This document shows positions 58,001 through 64,000 of a DNA stretch of 64,000 bases, piece by piece (within the stretch, counting starts at the first letter, position 1; every line of letters begins with the position of its first letter). The stretch covers positions 8,531-72,530 of the IMG/VR virus record IMGVR_UViG_3300007513_000026; one strand, written 5' to 3'. Source of the stretch: a virus. Position numbers and translations under genes: made by a program. Below the pieces are notes generated by a model. It ran no database searches and was not told the origin of the DNA. It worked only from the letters and a program-made list of their open reading frames with translations.

Positions 58001-58474
58001 TTAGCCTACTCCTGCAGAACCTGACCAACTCGGACCAAAACTACTTGAACATCTCTGGGCTGGAATGTTAGTTAACCCGGCCAGAACTGCCACATTTGCT
58101 GATCCAGCGATCCATAGTTCCGAAACTTTCCAATCTAGAACCCCAGAATCACGGTGAACTTCGCCATGACTTCCGGATGGGATTGTAAAGTAATTAAAAC
58201 CAGATCGATATCCAGGATTCGGTTGTGGGCCGCCTGGTGCGCTTGATGAATATGGAGTCTCTACGAGCCCCAAGCTTGAAAACCCTACTTTGCAAGAACC
58301 GGTCATATCATAATTGATAATCTTAATCCAATTCGTAACTTGGGGAAATTGAATTCTTCGCTTAACAGCGCTGGTACCAATGGATGAGGTGGCATATGGC
58401 TCGCCACTTACTTGATACGATCCCACATTATTAATACCCGGTGCTATATTCCAGGGATTGTGTGTTTTTGCCAT
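58001..58474 (-). CDS. Probable structural protein
   Basis: G.NNVGSYQVSG.PY; late motif at 58506-58513. Confidence 0.6.
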   Translation of the reverse strand: MAKTHNPWNIAPGINNVGSYQVSGEPYATSSIGTSAVKRRIQFPQVTNWIKIINYDMTGSCKVGFSSLGLVETPYSSSAPGGPQPNPGYRSGFNYFTIPSGSHGEVHRDSGVLDWKVSELWIAGSANVAVLAGLTNIPAQRCSSSFGPSWSGSAGVG

Positions 58475-58512
58475 TATAAATCTCCTAAATTTTTACTATC
58501 ACAAATAAATAG

Positions 58513-58758
58513 TCAGTTATTTTTTCTATTGCGCCTTTCTTGTGCTCTTTGCCGTTTTTGTTCATCTCTGCGTCGTTGGCGCTCAGCACGGCGCATCTTG
58601 TCTCTTTTAACCTCAGAAGGCTTTTTATAGTATCGTCTTTCTCTGACCTGTTCGACAATCTTTGCCTTTTTCGTTTTCTTAATAAACCTTTTAATCATTC
58701 TGTTAACGTCGCCTCTACATTCCTTCGAAGTTACCCTAACGTGTGCTGCTTTTTTCAT
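58513..58758 (-). CDS. rpsU: Phage-encoded 30S ribosomal protein bS21
   Basis: V.V......MIKRF.KK..K...V.E.R.R.YY.KPS..KR with Arg-rich tail. Confidence 0.85.
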   Translation of the reverse strand: MKKAAHVRVTSKECRGDVNRMIKRFIKKTKKAKIVEQVRERRYYKKPSEVKRDKMRRAERQRRRDEQKRQRAQERRNRKNN

Positions 58759-58765
58759 ACTAACC

Positions 58766-59188
58766 TCATTTTAGGGCGCGCCACACTTGGGAAGCGCCTC
58801 CTATAATTGAACTGATATCGACCCCTGCATCTCCTGGATTATCTCCTAGTACCGATGGCGTCGAGGATTCGCTGGCGGGGGCCGGGATTGCTTCTGTTCC
58901 TTCAAACAAGTCTACACCATTATAGGCATCTTGTCCAACCGCATCCAACAATTTCTTTCTATGTTCTTGCAATTTTACTCTAGAGTCTGTAGCCTTGCGT
59001 TGCATCCGCAAGTTCTCATTAAATAGAGCGTCGGGTTGTTTTTGTTTGGTCTCCACAATAACGTTCTGTTGTAAACCTTTGGCCACTTCTGATACCACAT
59101 TAGCCAAAATGCCCTCTTCAATAAGGACTTCATGGATGCATTCTTTTACCAATGGTTTGATTAATTGTTTTAGATCTGATTTTTTCAT
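58766..59188 (-). CDS. Hypothetical head-module protein
   Basis: MKKSDLKQLIK.LVKE.I.EVL N-terminal motif. Confidence 0.7.
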   Translation of the reverse strand: MKKSDLKQLIKPLVKECIHEVLIEEGILANVVSEVAKGLQQNVIVETKQKQPDALFNENLRMQRKATDSRVKLQEHRKKLLDAVGQDAYNGVDLFEGTEAIPAPASESSTPSVLGDNPGDAGVDISSIIGGASQVWRALK

Positions 59189-60834
59189 ATTACTTCCTTT
59201 TTAATTCCTGCTAAAAGCTTCCAACGCTCAATAAGTTGTTGTTCTTCCAAGCCTTTAAAGGTGCCTGGTGCGGGCCCTTTATAAATGAGATTGCCCTCCT
59301 TATCTGTGGCGACCCCTCCTGCACCCCTAGCTGCGGCGCGGGCTGCTGACTTTTTCTCTCGGGACCTATAAGCCTTCTTCCCCGTCTCGCCCTTTCCACC
59401 ATAGGTGAGTCCCGCTGTGGGTCCTGCTTGTCCTGGGGTGGGCGTCGTCCAACCTTTGGTGCCGGGTCCACTTTGTACGTCTTGGGTGGCCACGGCGGCT
59501 GCAGCAGGATTAGCGCCTACAAAAGCTTTAATATCCGGCGAGTCTTCTTCCCACACGATACTATTGATGAGATCGATCATGGCTCGATGACGATAAGAGC
59601 CTACTTTTGAATCTTCGCCAGTCTGAATCGTTTCGTCACCCCCTAAAAATAAATCAGCTACATTATAAATATCTTGAGCAGTTGCTGGGCTTGATTGGCG
59701 AAGTTTCTCATATTTTGTCGCCAACTCCTTAGCGCTCCCTAACAGGTAATTTGTATTAAATACACGCGCCAAAGGATGATCATATTTCTTCTGGGCTTCG
59801 GCTTCAGCCAGGCGGCAGATCCAGCGAATCCCCTCGAAAAGCTCATCTTGTAATTCTTTTCGGCGCCCCAATAATGTTTCCTTATCAGCATGTTTAGGAT
59901 CTTTATCGAAATTAGTTTTAGTAGGCATGATAAAAGGCCCAATGAAAGCAGCGAACTTGTGCAAAGCAATCATTAGCTCACTATCTGTTCCCTTCCAGTG
60001 CGCTTTCATTGAATTCCAAGCTCTTCCAGTGCCCACGCGAGGCACAAATCTCCCATAACTCACTTCTTTCTTTTCTGGGGCAGTGCGGTGATCTTCAAAA
60101 ACAAAAGACTCAGCTTTTTCTGCAGCTTCAAAAAACTCTTTAACATTCTGGGCACCTGCACCTCCGAAAAGATCGGGGCGCGTCATGGCTTGCACGCGGC
60201 CAGAAATAGCGCTTTCTCGATCTTCTAACTTTTCTGTAACCTTTTCGTCTTCAGGTTCTTCTTTCTTTTCTAAGTTATCAAAAAATTCTGCAAATTGAGA
60301 CTCAAAAAGCTTCATTAAGTCCGGTATCAATGTTACTTTGGCTTTGGTTGAATCTGTGTGTAGTGGCAATTCCTCTATGGGGATAGGATCCAAAAGCTTA
60401 ACTATCTTGCCCTCGTTCTCCCAGTCTTTTGCTTGATCTGCCAAAAACGGTTGTGGTTCATCGACAATCGCGTCGGGCGCGGGCTCGGGTTTTTCTGCGC
60501 CTTCGGGTGAGGGGGCGGTACCTTCTATGTCGTCTTCTTCTTGTAGAGGGGTGGTGGTTGTAGGTGCGGTGGCACCAGTCGTGGTTGTTGTTTCGCCCTC
60601 ATCTTCAACGGGCTTTTGCCCCTCAACACCCACAAGGGTTCCCTCATCAGTCAGGACAACGCCATACCAAGGGGGGCCCATCTCTTTCTCGGGCTCTTCC
60701 TCTTTTGGAGCATCTTGTGTCGGGGTACCCACAAATGTCTGAATCTGGCGCGCTGATGCTTCTTCTTTTAAAAAGGAGCGCCAAGACTCAGTTATAAGCT
60801 TGTCTTTTTCAAACGAAGACCATTCACTCATCAC
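59185..60834 (-). CDS. Hypothetical 549-aa protein, probable internal head protein
   Basis: LITESWRSFLKEE N-terminus and LIERWKLLAGIK C-terminus. Confidence 0.65.
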   Translation of the reverse strand: MMSEWSSFEKDKLITESWRSFLKEEASARQIQTFVGTPTQDAPKEEEPEKEMGPPWYGVVLTDEGTLVGVEGQKPVEDEGETTTTTGATAPTTTTPLQEEDDIEGTAPSPEGAEKPEPAPDAIVDEPQPFLADQAKDWENEGKIVKLLDPIPIEELPLHTDSTKAKVTLIPDLMKLFESQFAEFFDNLEKKEEPEDEKVTEKLEDRESAISGRVQAMTRPDLFGGAGAQNVKEFFEAAEKAESFVFEDHRTAPEKKEVSYGRFVPRVGTGRAWNSMKAHWKGTDSELMIALHKFAAFIGPFIMPTKTNFDKDPKHADKETLLGRRKELQDELFEGIRWICRLAEAEAQKKYDHPLARVFNTNYLLGSAKELATKYEKLRQSSPATAQDIYNVADLFLGGDETIQTGEDSKVGSYRHRAMIDLINSIVWEEDSPDIKAFVGANPAAAAVATQDVQSGPGTKGWTTPTPGQAGPTAGLTYGGKGETGKKAYRSREKKSAARAAARGAGGVATDKEGNLIYKGPAPGTFKGLEEQQLIERWKLLAGIKKEVI

Positions 60835-61432
60835 TTAAGACCTCATTTAACAATCTGTTAATGCGGTCTGCTTTGGTGAATACTGATGATGTGTTTAAGT
60901 CTTTGGCCTCCTTCATCATGAAAGCGCCGGGTGTGGAGGGCTCCGACACGAAATCGAAACAAATCAATTGAAAGTCATCCTCCACCATTGTCTGACCATT
61001 GCTTTCTGAAACAGACCCCATTCCTCTCGATGAAATTCCGAGAGTTACGCCGGAATCTACGAGAGAACGTAAGATTTGACCGGAGGGGGTGTCGAGCACC
61101 TTAGCTTTTCCCATCACGTCATTGCCATTCCACCACACCTCTGTAATCATGTGGGAGGCATTGCGAAGATTAATGATAGAATCTTCTGGATGATCAAGCT
61201 CACCAAGGGCTCTGTTCTCTTTAACGAGCTTTTGATAGTTTTGAACTTCTCGTTGGAGAGTTGCATGCGGATAGATACGGCCATTGCCGTTGAGTGCATC
61301 CGACTTTTGCATGATACCAGAGAGGATCATACCACCATTGGCAATGAATTGCTTCTCTTGTTCGGTAAGAAGATCTTGACAAACTCCTCCCTCACACAGT
61401 GCATAATATTCTCTTAGTACTTTTTTACTCAT
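60824..61432 (-). CDS. Prohead core protease (T4 gp21-like)
   Basis: NGNGRIY, ALGELDHP, SH.I, TPSG.IL, GISSRG.GS, FDFV.EPST. Confidence 0.95.
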   Translation of the reverse strand: MSKKVLREYYALCEGGVCQDLLTEQEKQFIANGGMILSGIMQKSDALNGNGRIYPHATLQREVQNYQKLVKENRALGELDHPEDSIINLRNASHMITEVWWNGNDVMGKAKVLDTPSGQILRSLVDSGVTLGISSRGMGSVSESNGQTMVEDDFQLICFDFVSEPSTPGAFMMKEAKDLNTSSVFTKADRINRLLNEVLSDE

Positions 61433-61466
61433 TTTGTTATTCCTTGGCGGGCGTCACCCGCGCGAG

Positions 61467-61529
61467 TTAGCAGCCTTTCTTACAATTGCGGACGGGTTGC
61501 AGCATCCATTTTTTAGTCCAGTAGTTCAT
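61467..61529 (-). CDS. 20-aa micro-ORF MNYWTKKWMLQPVRNCKKGC
   Basis: ATGA-coupled to the upstream gene; fills the gap before the protease. Confidence 0.45.
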   Translation of the reverse strand: MNYWTKKWMLQPVRNCKKGC

Positions 61530-61846
61530 TGTTTGGCACCTTTCGCCGCCATTAGCGCGCGATCAATATGTTGCTTTACCACAGTGGCGGCGTTGACTTC
61601 ACCCTTTTCCACAAGCTCGTCATGAAGCTCTTGTAATCGCGACTCAATTTCACCCTCAAGTGGGCTCATTCCGGCTACGGCTGACACGGCGCCAGTACCT
61701 TGTTTGCGAAGGTCTTTCATTCCCGCCACGGCGGCCGCCTTGCCGTGCTTCTTCTGTGGAATTGTTGGAGAGGGCGTCACCTCTGCCAAGGTGTTTTGAA
61801 TTTCTTCCTGAATGATTCGTTGTAATTGTTTCTTAGTGATCTTCAT
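61526..61846 (-). CDS. Hypothetical head-module protein
   Basis: MKITKKQLQRIIQEEI N-terminal motif. Confidence 0.7.
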   Translation of the reverse strand: MKITKKQLQRIIQEEIQNTLAEVTPSPTIPQKKHGKAAAVAGMKDLRKQGTGAVSAVAGMSPLEGEIESRLQELHDELVEKGEVNAATVVKQHIDRALMAAKGAKQ

Positions 61847-62171
61847 TGTCTGTTATCTCCATAGTTTGTGAATGTTGTATCCCTTTATCTCCAAAGACCG
61901 TGTTCAAAACATATGATGTTCCAGACGAGAGCCATCCAAGAAGAAAGAAATTAGTGACAGTTACATCAAAATTAAATAGTTCTGTAAATGGAGAAAGTAG
62001 CATTAAAAACCAGCCCACATGAAATCCCATACACATGGGACAGTGGAAAAGCTTTCCGTAGCCTTTTATTGAGCGTTTCTTTGGTCTTAACGCCTTAAGC
62101 AGCGGAAGATCGCTGTATACCAAAATTTGCGTGAGACCATATGCGGCCAATACAAAGTATATTAATTCCAT
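61833..62171 (-). CDS. DUF1360-like membrane protein
   Basis: TM helices with LFHCPMCMGFHVG. Confidence 0.65.
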   Translation of the reverse strand: MELIYFVLAAYGLTQILVYSDLPLLKALRPKKRSIKGYGKLFHCPMCMGFHVGWFLMLLSPFTELFNFDVTVTNFFLLGWLSSGTSYVLNTVFGDKGIQHSQTMEITDNEDH

Positions 62172-62179
62172 TGTTACCT

Positions 62180-62716
62180 CTAGATTGTATATAAATAATT
62201 TAAGGAGTAAGGATCTCGAACAAATCCTTTGCGAATCGAACCCTGCTGCACTGCCTGGGGAACTTCACCAAGCTCTGTGGAATCTTCGTTGTCTGGATCA
62301 ATAAACTCATCATCAGTCATTGAGATAATAGCTTCAGTAGATTCGAAGTAGGGGCGTTCTTCTGTGATAAAATTAGAAATATTAACTAGGGTCAATTTAG
62401 AAGCGCTTATGTTCTCGCTCTTCGGGGTTTCCATCGTGGCCTCAAAAGAACCATAAAAAGAGCCTGCCTGGATAGACTCGGGAATAACAATGCCGCGCTT
62501 GCGCAAATAAGTAAACAAGCGATTCTGGGCACCATAAACATAATCTGACATAATCTCTTTAGGAAAGGCAATCACCTTGTTTTGTGAGGGGGAAAGCACG
62601 ATATCAATATCCCCATGATCAAAAATCATCAGATCTCCGCTAAGGCTCTTGCGGATATCCATCTCAAGCGTGACTAGCTTGTCAGCTTTATCTCCTAATT
62701 TAATCGTTATGGGCAT
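62180..62716 (-). CDS. Hypothetical head-module protein
   Basis: 178-aa ORF in operon. Confidence 0.7.
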   Translation of the reverse strand: MPITIKLGDKADKLVTLEMDIRKSLSGDLMIFDHGDIDIVLSPSQNKVIAFPKEIMSDYVYGAQNRLFTYLRKRGIVIPESIQAGSFYGSFEATMETPKSENISASKLTLVNISNFITEERPYFESTEAIISMTDDEFIDPDNEDSTELGEVPQAVQQGSIRKGFVRDPYSLNYLYTI

Positions 62717-63533
62717 CGTGATAGATTTCCTTCACCAGTGCTTGTGTTTTAAGAACGGTGAGCAATACCGTTTCGTTGATGTTTTGTTTCGCATAAGATT
62801 CTAAGCGCTCAACAATCGTATTGGTTTTCTCAAGCATTTCAGAATCTGCTTTGATATCCTCCATGTCCGATGCCTTCATCAGACTTTCCTTGAGGCGCGC
62901 AATCTCTTCATTCAAATAAAGCTTTAAATCGAGCGCGTTATCTGAAAAGGATACAATGTAGCGCGTCAGTAATTCTTTCTGTTCTTCAAGCAGATCGGTA
63001 TCATACTTGTCGTTAAACTTCTGAACAAAAGTTTTGTAGAGAACCTTATCGACCGCACTCATATCGGCTTCGGTGCTTTCTTCTTGAAGCATGTTGCGAA
63101 TGATTTCGTTTTCCATCACCACTCTTTTCTTGGGTGAGGTCTTTATAGAAAAAATCTGCGCTATTGATGCGAGAGTTCTGTAGTTGGGAACAAAGTTATT
63201 AAAAATGTTGCCGCTACCTTCCTTGTTAACATCGTGAATAAGAGCGGTTTGCTCATCAAACAATTCCTCAGAATTAATAAGACGCTTCTGCAGCTTTACT
63301 TCTTTGAGGATCTTTTCTGATGTCAGTCGATCCAGGTTTTGGTTTTCATATAGCGACCGGTAACAATCCAAATCTGTCTTAAGGGCGCTTCCGTCCTTGA
63401 AGTGCTTGCGGATGATGCTGATAATCTTTTGCTTTTGCTCTTCATCTTCTTTCAAAACCAAAGAAGTAATCTCTCTAACGAGACTTTCAAATACAAAAGC
63501 GGTATTCCGTTTCTTATTATGCTTCATTTTCAT
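62700..63533 (-). CDS. Hypothetical head-module protein
   Basis: 277-aa helical protein starting KHNKKRNT; downstream of the putative portal. Confidence 0.7.
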   Translation of the reverse strand: MKMKHNKKRNTAFVFESLVREITSLVLKEDEEQKQKIISIIRKHFKDGSALKTDLDCYRSLYENQNLDRLTSEKILKEVKLQKRLINSEELFDEQTALIHDVNKEGSGNIFNNFVPNYRTLASIAQIFSIKTSPKKRVVMENEIIRNMLQEESTEADMSAVDKVLYKTFVQKFNDKYDTDLLEEQKELLTRYIVSFSDNALDLKLYLNEEIARLKESLMKASDMEDIKADSEMLEKTNTIVERLESYAKQNINETVLLTVLKTQALVKEIYHDAHND

Positions 63534-64000
63534 TCTTCTGCTCCGTTGTCTTTTTCTCTAATCCCTCAAGCAAAGTTCGGATAGATGCGTTAATCTCGAA
63601 TAACTTGTCTTCTTCTGTTTGCTCTCTCAAATTATAAATAGACTCTTCCCTTTCGTAAATACCTGCTCCCAGACCATCCATTCTCGCAACAGACCGTAAG
63701 TCACTGTATCCTGGCATAACATTTCGAATTGTAGCGCTGCTTTTTTCTGCGCTAGCTTTGCCTGCATACGAACGAGTGCGGGCGCCAGAAGGTCTCTTAT
63801 CCACCTTGACTGGGTGGTAGACTTTTCCTTTGGCTCCAGGTGTAAGGCGGGGTGCATTTCGGCTACCAGGGGGAACTGCGAGAAGTGAGGACTCTTCGCC
63901 ACCACCTTCATCGCCTCCACCCAGCGCGTCGGCTGCTTCACCGCCTGCGGCTGCGGCTGGCATCTCTTCGGGCCCACCAAGATCTCCACCTAAGTCTCCA
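63517..64000 (-). CDS. C-terminal tail of a gene truncated at right edge, probably portal (gp20-like)
   Basis: Frame open to the window end with a G/D/E/A-rich linker; portal identity inferred from synteny only. Confidence 0.5.
   Translation of the reverse strand, partial: GDLGGDLGGPEEMPAAAAGGEAADALGGGDEGGGEESSLLAVPPGSRNAPRLTPGAKGKVYHPVKVDKRPSGARTRSYAGKASAEKSSATIRNVMPGYSDLRSVARMDGLGAGIYEREESIYNLREQTEEDKLFEINASIRTLLEGLEKKTTEQKNENEA

Noticed and set aside
61447-61469. Hairpin as a SECIS element for selenocysteine readthrough
   Set aside because: The micro-ORF ends in TAA, not TGA
245-61625. Numerous + strand ORFs in the track (e.g. 37962-38825, 49813-50394, 27496-28020)
   Set aside because: All are antisense shadows of well-supported minus-strand genes, with no recognisable motifs or SD sites
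1-64000. tRNA genes, CRISPR arrays, alternative genetic code
   Set aside because: No cloverleaf or repeat-spacer pattern seen in the short intergenic gaps; genes are intact under code 11 and TAA, TAG and TGA all serve as stops

Overview
A 64-kb segment of a large T4-superfamily-like (contractile-tailed) bacteriophage genome. Essentially all credible genes lie on the minus strand, and both window ends cut genes. Reading right to left there is a virion module: probable portal C-terminus, prohead protease, ribosomal protein bS21, a cluster of paralogous fibre/decoration proteins, a stand-alone Smr domain, scaffold, major capsid, neck, tail sheath and tube, tail chaperone, tape measure and baseplate. 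A replication/metabolism module follows: minimal PolA-like polymerase, divergent tubulin/FtsZ-like protein, gp32-like SSB, ParB-like protein, Dam-like methylase, RecA/UvsX, 5'-3' exonuclease, helicase, class II RNR, GroES, endolysin, DnaE, two ClpP, J-domain protein, dUTPase, a nuclease+methylase pair, thioredoxin, IMPDH, sigma region-4 protein and GroEL. Two promoter classes are visible: near-perfect TTGACA-17-TATAAT sites before replication genes, and a recurring sense-strand ACTAWTTA motif before structural genes. All product calls come from motif recognition by eye; no database searches were run. No tRNA, rRNA, CRISPR or IS element was recognised.
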